A DNA stretch of 63,170 bases, counting the filler, from Octopus bimaculoides (Eukaryota): the NCBI RefSeq assembly GCF_001194135.2. It is 6 parts of 6 records of this genome, joined end to end, with 100 filler letters (N's around TTAATTAATTAA, not from the genome) between each part and the next. Parts side by side here need not be neighbours in the genome. Positions count along the whole stretch, not along the records: positions 43,583 to 54,933 come from NC_068993.1; positions 55,034 to 63,170 come from NC_068987.1; 4 more parts are not named here. One strand, given 5' to 3'. Of the stretch, positions 52,195-63,170 are shown piece after piece; the first letter of the stretch is position 1; each line of letters opens with the position of its first letter. Under the pieces are notes generated by a model. The model made no database searches and was not told the DNA's origin. It saw only the letters and a list, made by a program, of their open reading frames with translations. The position numbers were made by a program, and so were the translations under genes.

Positions 52195-53670
52195 TTTACA
52201 ACGGAGTAGACTCCACTCAGAACTTGAGAACCAAATGGTGGCATTAAACTGGACAACGGATTAGGTCCACCACCAGGCCTACCACTAGGTCTACCACACA
52301 GTTTCCTCTCCATAATGTTGCTCACAAAGACTCTTGAGCATGCCACCACGTGACTGAGAAAAGAAGTTCCTAGCCAGACACCACACTTACTTGAAATGTT
52401 ACAACCATTTACCTTCTTTTTATGCGGTGTTTCCCCATTATACATATACTCCTGTCACTGAAACCAACAAAGGGATCTTCGACGTGATCACTCAACGTGC
52501 TAGATATAGCAATAAATGTTTCATTCAAATTACACATTTCTCTCTTTAACCAGATGACACGCTTGATAGTGACAGTTTAATCATTCTAAATGAATAATTA
52601 AACTGCCACGGCTGGAACATCTTTAATCATGGATGAGTACGATCAATGTTGATCTGGGGCTACACAATAACTACTTGTGACAAATGAATCAACGAGTGAC
52701 CCTGTATATTTATATAGAAGGTTGCAGATAATCCTTTCTACTATAGGCACAAGGCCTGAAATTTGGGGGAAGGGGATAATCGATTACATAGACCCCCCAG
52801 TGCGTATACTACCACTACTACCGTCGCCTGTAACACTTCCACCGCCGCCACCACCAACACCACCACCACCACCGCCACCACCACCATAAATCTTTTTGTA
52901 TTTACATGAAATCGTCCATATAAAAATACCGGTAAACAACTGAATATCAAATAGAAATCTGCCGAAACTGAGCACAAAGCTTCATTTTCACACGCTTCAT
53001 CAGCGGAGCATGGGTAAGGGAATTTTAAAGCAGTGTCCTTATATAATNNNNNNNNNNNNNNNNNNNNNNNNNNNNNNNNNNNNNNNNNNNNNNNNNNNNN
53101 NNNNNNNNNNNNNNNNNNNNNNNNNNNNNNNNNNNNNNNNNNNNNNNNNNNNNNNNNNNNNNNNNNNNNNNNNNNNNNNNNNNNNNNNNNNNNNNNNNNN
53201 NNNNNNNNNNNNNNNNNNNNNNNNNNNNNNNNNNNNNNNNNNNNNNNNNNNNNNNNNNNNNNNNNNNNNNNNNNNNNNNNNNNNNNNNNNNNNNNNNNNN
53301 NNNNNNNNNNNNNNNNNNNNNNNNNNNNNNNNNNNNNNNNNNNNNNNNNNNNNNNNNNNNNNNNNNNNNNNNNNNNNNNNNNNNNNNNNNNNNNNNNNNN
53401 NNNNNNNNNNNNNNNNNNNNNNNNNNNNNNNNNNNNNNNNNNNNNNNNNNNNNNNNNNNNNNNNNNNNNNNNNNNNNNNNNNNNNNNNNNNNNNNNNNTA
53501 TATATATATATATATATATGTAAATGTATATCTACGTGTGTGTGTGGATATTTGCTAACTTCAGTCTGTCATGTTATGTATTTGTACACTTTTGGAAGTA
53601 TATCTTCATAAACCTGTCTCTCTTTCTCACTCCCCTTCTCTCTCTTCTTTTCTTTTTCTCACTCTCTCTT

Positions 53671-53739
<69 letters not shown>

Positions 53740-54901
53740 ACCCTTACATATTTATACATTAAAATGTAGTAGGTACATACATACGTATACATAAATAATG
53801 CATATGCTCCAAACACATATACATCTGTGTGTGTAAACACATGCACGCACAGACACATATGCATACACTCACACAGATAGAAAGCAATAAGACAGAAAAG
53901 CAGTGTTTTAAGTGTAATGAAATGAGATAAAGAGAACGAAGGAAGAGCGATCAGGACAGTGGTGATTGACAGGAATTAAGGATGATGACGACGACGACAA
54001 CGATGACGGCGATGATGATAATGATGATAATAGTTATGACGATGTTGATGATGATAATGATGATAATAATAATGATGATGTTGATGATGATGTTGGTGGT
54101 GGTAGTGGTGGTGATGTTGATGTTGATGAAGGTAGCGTTGGTGGTGGTGGGGTTGGTGATGGTCTTGGTGAACGATAATGACAGTATTGGTAAGGCTGTT
54201 GTTCTTTTTAGCATGACTGACCAGATCAAGACATTCTAGCCATGACTATACCACCTGTTTAAAAGATACGGCTATATCTAAGACTATATTCTTTCTCATC
54301 TAAATTGGTGATGCGTAAAAGAAAAGTGTTTTGGGGGGCTCGGAGATCCATGATAATGTTGGTAGATGTGGTTCATTACAGTATGCGGCCATAATGGACG
54401 CCATCAACATAAGATAAGACGAGCTCCCGTCATCAGGTTAGAAATCTTACATTTGAGATCTTAATACAGAGAAGTTCAAAGATAGAATGATTAAATGTGA
54501 AGAGCTAGGTGTATATGTGGGAAGAAGTCAAAGGGTCAGTGGTGTTATACCCCATTGACTCTCCTATATATATATATATGTATTGCTTAGGCATTGCGAT
54601 ACTAATAACTTGGAGTAGAACTCAATAAACATATGCTTCAGAACGAAGAGTTAGTCGAGTACAGAACTGTAGTAATAAGAAAAATGAAAGACAACAAAGG
54701 AATAAATAATTATCTTATGAACTACATTTGTTTACTGCTGCATCCACTATAAGATGCCTCAGATGGTCTCATGAAACTGTAATGTGTTTGTCATGTACTC
54801 AACTATGAGCCCACCGCATCATATCATGGAAACAGCTGTAAGGTAATGAAGTTCATAAAATAATCATTTCTTCCTTTGTATTCCTTTGTCATCCCTTTTA
54901 T

Positions 54902-54933
<32 letters not shown>

Positions 54934-55045
54934 NNNNNNNNNNNNNNNNNNNNNNNNNNNNNNNNNNNNNNNNNNNNTTAATTAATTAANNNNNNNNNNN
55001 NNNNNNNNNNNNNNNNNNNNNNNNNNNNNNNNNAGTCAAACATAA

Positions 55046-55089
<44 letters not shown>

Positions 55090-55108
<19 letters not shown>

Positions 55109-55565
55109 CTTTACTATTATAGGCACAAAACCTGAAATTTTGGAGGAGGTGGTTAGTCAATTTCATTGACCCTAGTGCATAACTGGTACTTATTTTATCA
55201 ATCCAGAAAGGATAAAAGCAAGGTCAACCTCTGGAATTTGAACTCAGAAAGTAAAGACATGAAATGCAGTTAACCATTTTGTCCAATGCACTAAAAATTC
55301 TGCCAGCTCCCTTCCTTAACAACAACAACAACAGCAATAATAGTAATAATCCTTTCTACTATAAGCACAAGGCCTGAAATTTTGGAGCAGGGGGCTAGTT
55401 GATTACACTACCCCCAGTGCTCAATAGCTACTTAATTTATCAACTTTGAAAGGATGACAGGCAAAGTCAACCTTAGTGGAATTTGAATGTAGAATGTAAA
55501 GATGGACAGAATGCTGCTAAACATTTTTCCTGGTGTGCTAACAATTCTGCTAGCTCATTGCTTTA
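55090..55565 (-). mobile_element. Two head-to-tail SINE family C copies
   Basis: The unit ctttactattataggcacaaaacctgaaat...gtcaacct...gaatttgaa...ctgccagctc occurs twice, separated by AAC/AAT triplets. Confidence 0.8.
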
Positions 55566-56287
55566 ATAGTAGTAGTAGTAGTAAAGTGCATTCTATGTGG
55601 CACAGGTGCATTTTACATGGTAGCAACACAGGTGCTTTTTATGTGGCACCAGTGGAATCACTAAGTAGCTTGCAAGACAAAGACCTCTAAACTGAAAGAA
55701 GGAGTGGGACTGAAGGAAGTGGCAGTGAGCCAAGTGAGAGGTTAGAATATAATAGAGGGACAGTGATAGTTGTCTTATTATAGAGGAGATACTTGGCTAC
55801 CCTAGTAGGACAGGGAGGAGAGGAAGGGGAGAGAGAGATAGAAAGATAGAGAGACTGTGTGAGAGAGAAATCTAGATCGTGTTGATGTATCAGAGCCTAC
55901 TCATAGGGAACAGTGGGGGAATTATAAGTAGTACAGAAGGGATAGTGGGTTATGTTCCATAAGAGTGTGAAGGAAACTGCTTTGAGATGAAGAAGACATG
56001 GTTGTAGCAGTGATTGTGAGAGAAAATGAAGTGGCTGGGAGTGGGAAGTATCGTAGATATGTTAGAGCAAGGAGAGTGTATAGATAGATACATGACAGAG
56101 AGTGTAGGGGCTTGCAGTGAGTGGTGATCATGGATAGTGGGATAGGGGGGATGTTTGGGAGATGAGTTATATGGGTGTTTTGATGGCAGACAGATTGTGT
56201 ATGTGAGTTATCATGTTGTCACTACAAGTTGTGGCAACACGATAAGGCAGTGAAAATACTACATTAGAAACTGTGAAAAATTAGGGT

Positions 56288-56326
<39 letters not shown>

Positions 56327-56344
56327 AGAGAGAGAGAGAGAGAG

Positions 56345-56885
56345 GCAAGACATAGTATGAGCACAAACCACAGAGTGGCAGAGCTGGAGACATGCAAAAT
56401 CCTCTGGGATTTCCCAATCCAAACAGATCAGATCCTAGAACATAACAGACTGGACCTAGTGATGGTTGACAAGATACACCACATGTGCTATATAGTTGAT
56501 GTTGCATGCCCCTTTGACCCATAAATTGTCAAGAAGGAAGGGGAAAAAATAGATAAATACCACTCTTTTAAGTACAAAATATCCCAGCTATGAAAAATGA
56601 AGAAGGTGAATATAGTGCCAACTATTGTTGGGTCCTTGGGGACAATAACTGAAAGCATCAAGAGGAATATAAAGGAAATCGAAATAGAGTGTCCAGTAGA
56701 ATAGTTACAAAAGGTTTGCCTCCTTGGCATAACCAGAATAATCAGGAAAGTATTAGATAGCTGAAAAGAGCAGATAGCATGGTGCCAAAGGCTGCAGGCA
56801 GCAAGCCCGCTAAGCATGCAAGACTCCAGGAGTTCCAACAAAACCTGAAATAAAAAAGAATAATAATAATAATAATAATAATAAC
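56345..56885 (+). mobile_element. Decayed R4/Dong-clade LINE 3' end, a second and divergent family
   Basis: WDFPIQTDQILEHNRLDLVMVDK...IVDVACPFD...VPTIVGSLG...LQKVCLLGITRIIRKVLDS*, followed by an (AAT)n tail. Confidence 0.88.
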
Positions 56886-56888
56886 AAT

Positions 56889-59800
56889 CTTTTCTTTATT
56901 AACTACAGAAGGTTCATATAAAAGATTGGGGATGGCATTAGTCAATACAATACAAAAAGAGTGGGATTGAAATGTGTAAAAACAGAATAAAACAGTTATT
57001 ACAATTAAAATCCCCAAAAGAGAGAGACTTCCAAGCACTGCTCATGGAAACACCACAAAAACCACGATCACCCTGACCTCTAGGGCAGGTGCCCTCTCCT
57101 CTTCATCTATCCTCAATCTAGAGGTGCATGCTTAGAGTAGGCCCATTCACTCAGGTCATTCATGCTACATCCACTCACCTTTTAACAAAATTGCTGGGAG
57201 GCAGCATTTCCCTCTCTACCCTCACTTTCCTTTTCAAATGGAACTTGAAAAAGTTGATGAGAGCTTGGCCAAAGAGGAAAGTATCTGTCTTCAGCCCTTT
57301 TGACCTGGTCCACCACAAAACCTCTTTCACTAAGGCCACCAAAGAAACACTACCTGCCCTTCCCAACCAAAGGAAGGTGGCAGGGCAATCTTCACAATGG
57401 ACTCAGCTGATAGCTGGATTCGTCCTACATATGACAGTAGGTGTTTGACATAAGCACACGAGTCAGCAATGCTCAGGCACTGGATAAGGGCATGCAGAAG
57501 TTTTGTCACTCTGTGCACATTTTAGGCAAGCTCAGTTGATGGCACTTCCATGCCTGTAGAGCTTATCTTGAACCAGTAATGCCCCTAGTAGCACTGCCAG
57601 GCCAGGGATTTCTGGGAGTTATCCATAGGTCCCAACCTGAAAGTTCATCAATCCTCAGTCTCCCTGAGAATGTCGTCACACTTTCTCACCACTAACAGTC
57701 TATAAAACACCTGAGTGGAACAACCACTGATTGCATTGCCCAACTGATGGAAGACTGTGAGCATCTGGAGAAACTCTAGGTGCCAGGCACCCAGCCTCAG
57801 TCTAAGCTTGATCCAGGACTGCGGCTTAGACAAAGATATGAGTTGAGGAAAATCTTGTCTGACAAATGGTGATCACCCTTGACAGATTGAATACATGATG
57901 TTGAATGATTCTGATAGGTAACCATTCACCTGAAATACTGAGCAAATGTCGCTGTACATTGCAGTGATCTAGCCACAGAAAACGGGACTGAAACTGGCTG
58001 CCATGAGAACAGTTGCCAAGTATTAGTGATCAACCCTATCAAAGGCTTTAGACTGATCCAAATTGAATAGGGCCCCACTCATACCAGGTTCCTTACCCAC
58101 CTTGTCTATGATGTATTGCATGAGGTGGACGTTGCAGATCACCAATCAGTTCCTTAATGACAACCATGGCCAAAATTTTGAAATCTGCATGGGCCTAAAA
58201 TTTTCTGTTTGAACCCCCTTGTTTGGGTCCTTTCTCAGTGGCACCACCACTCCTTGATTCACAAAATTAGGAATTCTCACATTCTGCTCCCAGTTGCAGT
58301 AGATATCTAAGAGACTGCCAAACAAGTCTGTCCAATAAAAGTAAAGCTCATAGGGTAGACCATCCAAACCCAATGATTTCACCCCCACTCCCACCCCATG
58401 CAACCCAACATTACATCCCATATTTCTGTGGTTGTTATTGGCATACTCTTCACTACCCCTCATCGAGAGTCATGGCATACTATCGAGGTAGGCACTGAAG
58501 TCCATCCTGTGTTCTGGACTGTCATTCGTCCCAAACAGTTGGGTGAAGTGCTGTTGAAATGCTGCACAGATCTGCTTGGGTTCAAGTACTGTGCACCCAT
58601 TTTGGTCTGCCAAAGACCAAATTGTGGTTTTGTTTCCACATTGCACCAGTGTCATTCAGACGCATTAAGCGGATTTCATTCCCTCTTGTCTTAGAGCATG
58701 CACCTTAGCTCTGACAATGCAACCTTCATGTTTAGCATTGAAGAAATCTTGCAGCCAGCACGTCAGTTGCAATGCATTTCTTAAGTGCCCCTTCTAAATT
58801 TCTAACGAAATTCTTTTCTATTTTATTTCTTTCTATCACTAATGCTTTACTAAGCCTAACTGATTCTGCTTTAATTGCACTTTCCAGGGAAAACAACCAC
58901 TTCTTGTTGATTGCCCCCTGTCAACACCTGTTTAACTCACTCTCTAATCCAGTCTCTGTAACCTTGATATGCCTTGAATGACATGTTCAGCTTCTAAGCC
59001 TATCTAGGTCGACCATACAGATCACAAATTTGTGGTCTGTGCAGCCAACAAGTTTGAAAAGTGAAGAATTTATACTATCCTTATCTACTGGCCTACAGAA
59101 TGCCCTGTCTAGATATGACCTGAATGACCGGATGCAATTCATCCAAGTCCAGATTAGTACATCTAGTCAGTACCCATCAGACAGTTGGAAATATCTGAGC
59201 AGGCTTGTGAGGCTTTTACCACCCCCTCTTCTATCTGCTAGCCCATACAGTCTAAATGTGGCTCTAAGATGTCATTCCAATTTCCCACTAACACCAAAGA
59301 CATTCCTAGGAAAATCTCCAGACATCTGAAGAAGTCCAGCTGTCCTGCTCCTGTTAGAGCATAAACAGACATCAGCCCCTGTCACTACTGTTCACATCCA
59401 GGACTACCACTTACCTTCTGGCCCCAAGATAGTCCTTATCTTGAGGTCTAGACCTCTCTGAGACAACACTATAGTTCCACTTCCCATTCCTGGTTGATAT
59501 GGAGATAAGTAGATCCCAAATCCACTGAAAATGGGCATGAGTGCTTGTCAGTCAGAGGGTCTGGCTTCACTGATGACCACTACATCAATACTTAGTGACC
59601 TGAGGTCATTGAGTAGATGGTTTTCATTCCAGAGTGACCTCAGCTCATGTGCATTTATACGGCCTATCCTAAGCAAGGCCATATCAGATTAAGGAATAGA
59701 TATGGAAAGGGTTACCTACAGTGATGTGATTTTGGTGAGGTGGGGATAGTTGTTGTGTCCCCATAGTTATATGTGGCTGTTTCTATGAGCAGTTCTTCAT

Positions 59801-61330
59801 ACAATTTTTTGTTGGTATCTCTCCTGAAATCCCCAACTCCTTCAGGATATTTACTTTTAATGGTGTTATATGTGTTTTGTGATGTCAGGATGACTTTTAT
59901 GTGTGTTGGTGTGTCACCAGTGTATGTGACATTTCTAGGGTTATATTTGTGTTCCATCAGTTCTTTATTGTTCATGTTTATTGCTGTGTAGTTAATAATG
60001 TTTGAATTTTGCTGGTGTTTGGATGTGCAATCTGAGAGTTGTGTGCGTATGAACTGGGTTGTGCTTGTGATGGTGGTGGTGAAAGTAGTGATGGGGATGA
60101 TGTTGACAATACCGGTGTGGCTGCTGTTCGAGGAGGCATTTGTGTATTTGATTTCGAAACTGTCTTGCTCCTCTGGTTGTACATGTCAGATTTTTGTTGA
60201 CAAAAGTGTGTTTTTGTTTCTTTTTCTTTTGTTTGACCTACTGACTTTCACTATTTGTCGTCCTCCACCCCACCTTCACAGGACACGTTTGAGTGTTCTG
60301 AACAGAAGAGGAGCAAATCTCCTGGAGCTTTTTGCTGTTCTTTTGATAAAGTTGTTGTTTTTTAGGGGGTCAAGTTTCTGATATTGTTGTTCTTGTTGCT
60401 CTCTGGTGTGTGGAAGCCATATACATTGGTGAGTTCTTTGTTCTATTTGCTGCAGTTGCTTCCACTGTTATTGTTGCAGTTGCTACTGTCCGTACTGCTA
60501 TGATTGGTGTTGCTGCAATTGTTGCTGTTGCTTTTGTAGCCATAGTGGTCACCTACCTCTACTGGCATTGTTGCTGTTGTTGTTGTTATGCTGGAGGTGT
60601 CTGCAGCAGTGCAGCTTTTTCTTTTGTTTGTGAGGGGTAGAAAGCCTTTAAATGGTTTGTTTTGCCATAAATGTGGCATCTCAGCTTTCTGTCCTCTACT
60701 ACTACAAATAGTTTTGATCCTTCTGGAAGATCAATTAAATCTGGAATCTCTTGTGCAGTTGTGAAATCAGCATGCAACAAGAGTTCCATCCTTATACTAT
60801 ACCAATTGTCTTTCCTAATTTTATGGACTTATAAAATCTTTATTTTGTCCTCTATGCCATATAACATGGCTGCTGCCAGCAAAGAGATGTCTGTTTCTAG
60901 TGGCACCTCTGCTACCTTCACTTTGACAACCTTCTAACTAAGATATGTGAGAATCATGTATAATTCCTCCTTTTTAGGGTTGTTGTGGAATTTTCTTTGG
61001 CTACTTCTTCAGTTGAGTATCTTACTTCTGCTGTGACAAAGCTTTTGCTATGGGTGACATATGATTTTAGATTCCACACTAGTCTCAGGCATTTTTTTAC
61101 CTAGGCTTTGTTGCTCTTTCTAGTCTTCTTGACTTCAGGAATATACATTTGTGTGTGATAGTCCTTCTTCAGGTTGCTTCTTGCACCTCCCCCGGTGTAT
61201 TAAGGTGGACTGTTCTACCAGCCTTGGTTAGGTGCATTTTAACTCTACCCAACTTCCCTTCTGATAACTCCACCTACACCTGTGCGAACTCACTGTTTCT
61301 ACTTTGGAAAAGCAACTGTTATTGCTTTAC
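56889..61330 (-). mobile_element. Near full-length decayed Tx1/L1-clade LINE (ORF1 and ORF2) with an internal RT deletion
   Basis: ORF1 relic ...LIDLPEGSKLFVVVEDRKLRCHIYGKTNHLKA; APE start IGRINAHELRSL...DVVVISEA; KSLGLDGLPYELY; NLDQSKAFDRVDH; C-terminal EVLWWTRSKGLKTD. AATAAA at the 3' end. The YADD region was not found. The 5' boundary is approximate. Confidence 0.85.
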
Positions 61331-61609
61331 TATTTTTATCGGTGTTTAACATGGTGGTGGAGTGTTGGTGTTGGAAATATTGGTGGACGTTGTGCTTGCA
61401 TCATTTCTAATTTTATCTTGGCCATCATTGCTGCTACTGCTGCTGCTGCTTCTGTCACAGTTGTTGTTGCTATTGCTGCTGTCTTTGTTCTGCCTCTCAA
61501 TTACATTAACTAATGGAAGGAACAAAACATTAAAATGGCTGTTCCAAGAACTATCAGTCCCCTCAATTTGGAAAGTCATATTGAATTTTTGTTTTTAAAA
61601 CTCGAAAGT

Positions 61610-62220
61610 GTTTCACTGGAACTTAATATATTGATCCCAAAAGGATGAAAGGCAAAGTCACCCTTGCAGAATTTGAACTCAGAACGTAAAGATGAACAAG
61701 ATTATGCAAAGTATTTTGCCTGGCCTGCTAATGCTTCCACCAGCTCACCACCTTAAAAATATCAACAATAATAATAATGGTTTCAAATTTCAGCTTGAGG
61801 CCAGCAATTTCAGGGGAGATTGCTAAGTCAATTAGATCAACTCATGTTCAACTGGTACTTATTTTATCAACTCTGAAAGGATGAAAGGTAAAATCAACCT
61901 CTGTGGAATTTGAACTCAAAATATAAAGTAAGACAAAATGCTTTTAAGCATTTTGCAGGTGTGCTAATGGTTCTGCCTGCTTGTTGCCTTGATAATAATA
62001 ATAATTTTTTCTAATATAGGCTCAAGGCCTGAAATCTGAGGGAGAGGTAAGTCGATTGTATCAACTCCAGTTCTCAACTGATACTTAATTTATCAACCCT
62101 GAAAGGATGAAAGGCAAAGTCGACCTCAGTGGAATTTGAACACAGAACGTAGTGACAGACAAAATACTGCTAAGCATTTTACCTGGTATGCTAATGACTC
62201 TGCCAGCTCAGCACCTTAAC
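61610..62220 (-). mobile_element. Three head-to-tail SINE family C copies
   Basis: The same unit occurs three times, each separated by (AAT)n; heavily CpG-decayed. Confidence 0.8.
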
Positions 62221-62229
62221 AATAATAAT

Positions 62230-62720
62230 ATTAATAATAATACCAGGCAGTGGCTCTTGTGGATTCTGACCTTAACTGATCGGAAGTGTTAACATGTACA
62301 CATTTTGTAATGGTGTTCAAGAGGGGCTACAGCAAATATTCTGCTCAACACCACAGATTTGCATGTCAGTTGCTTGACCTTTACCAGTTGAGTATGTCCC
62401 TCAGTGTGATATGCTCAATCACCAATCACAAGCAGGATTAGTGGAGGAACATCACAGCCATATTTTGAGAGGGATTCATTGGGGTTTGAATAGTTCACCC
62501 CTGGAAACATGGGTGTTTCAGTCATCATCCCTAAACAACCTTTATTCAGGGACCCTTTGATTGGGATGAACTAGTCAACCTGAAAAGAATTCTAACTGGA
62601 CCCCATCTACATTGTCATGCACTGTTTATCTTTACATGAAGTCACCATGTTGTGCATATATAGTTGTGATGCATGTACCCAGTGTAACCTTATCTGGTGC
62701 ACTACAACTTGTTGGAAAAG
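62230..62720 (-). repeat. Interspersed repeat of unassigned family
   Basis: gggctacagcaaatattctgctcaacaccacagatttgc motif with a (TAA)n tail on its 3' side, recalled as a common octopus repeat. Not classified. Confidence 0.4.
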
Positions 62721-63170
62721 AGTGAAAGAGGGAACAGAAAGCAGCAATGAACCACATAAAGAAAGACAGCAATGAAAGCCCAAAAGGCAAGCATAGTACA
62801 CAGAATAACACACACACAAAAAAAAATGCTGTAAAGAGGAATAGATACATAGGAACATCATGGCTGGTGTTTGAAATTTTCTGAAGGCTACAGTGTCCTA
62901 ACATAGTTTATTCCATGCTTCAACAATTATGTGTGTGAGAAAAATGTTTCCAAAAGTCATGCATGCTATGCCATGGCATAGCTGTGTGTTTAGAAGTTTG
63001 CTTCCTAACCACATGATTCCAGGTTCAATCCCACTGCATGACACTTTGGACAAGTGTTCTCTATTGTAGCCTCGAGTTGACCAAAGCCTTGTGAGTGGAT
63101 TTGGCATACGGTAACTGAATGAAGCCCATCATATATATATATATATATATATACAATATATATATATATG

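Noticed and set aside
3434-54239. Dozens of long ORFs such as [22 protein letters not shown] and poly-X
   Set aside because: These are translations of microsatellites and N gaps, with no splice or domain support.
1-63170. CRISPR arrays, operons, prophage or rRNA
   Set aside because: No constant repeats with unique spacers, no dense coding, and no rRNA signature. The window is eukaryotic intronic and intergenic DNA.

Overview
Eukaryotic, AT-rich animal genomic DNA with many assembly gaps. The SINE families, LINE relics and extreme microsatellite density suggest an octopus (O. bimaculoides-like) assembly; this is an inference, not a database result. There is no prokaryotic content, CRISPR array or rRNA. 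Five 100-bp spacers (44 N + TTAATTAATTAA + 44 N) split the window into six joined pieces: 1-16847, 16948-25817, 25918-40349, 40450-43482, 43583-54933 and 55034-63170. I could build one host gene, on the minus strand and missed by the ORF track. Five coding exons (11709-11721, 7058-7102, 4578-4693, 3186-3349, 1657-1684) have GT-AG boundaries and matching phases. They encode 122 aa, MDVSGIPTQVKTGFIIHYHKKLFSKDWKKKYLVLNSDSNLEWFEDEECKSLEGVVNLKQIMSFLAIGEATKYVPGKPKLPPYGQDKLLMAVPDKPCRSSKIEWFLFIDADNLGSWLEAIKTT, a complete N-terminal PH domain of evectin/PLEKHB type. Its 3' end was not found in the window. The rest is mostly mobile DNA: a full-length decayed mariner; Tc1, piggyBac and hAT MITE-like elements; an 831-bp fold-back element with a 9-bp TSD; RTE, CR1, Tx1/L1 and two R4/Dong LINE relics; several modular tRNA-derived SINE families; and a Penelope-like GIY-YIG relic. 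The Penelope-like relic lies between inverted repeats that each carry a hammerhead-ribozyme-like motif, and it has a TGA at a conserved Cys position. Almost all long ORFs in the supplied track are microsatellite or N-gap artefacts. Boundaries of decayed repeats are approximate and all family calls were made by eye.
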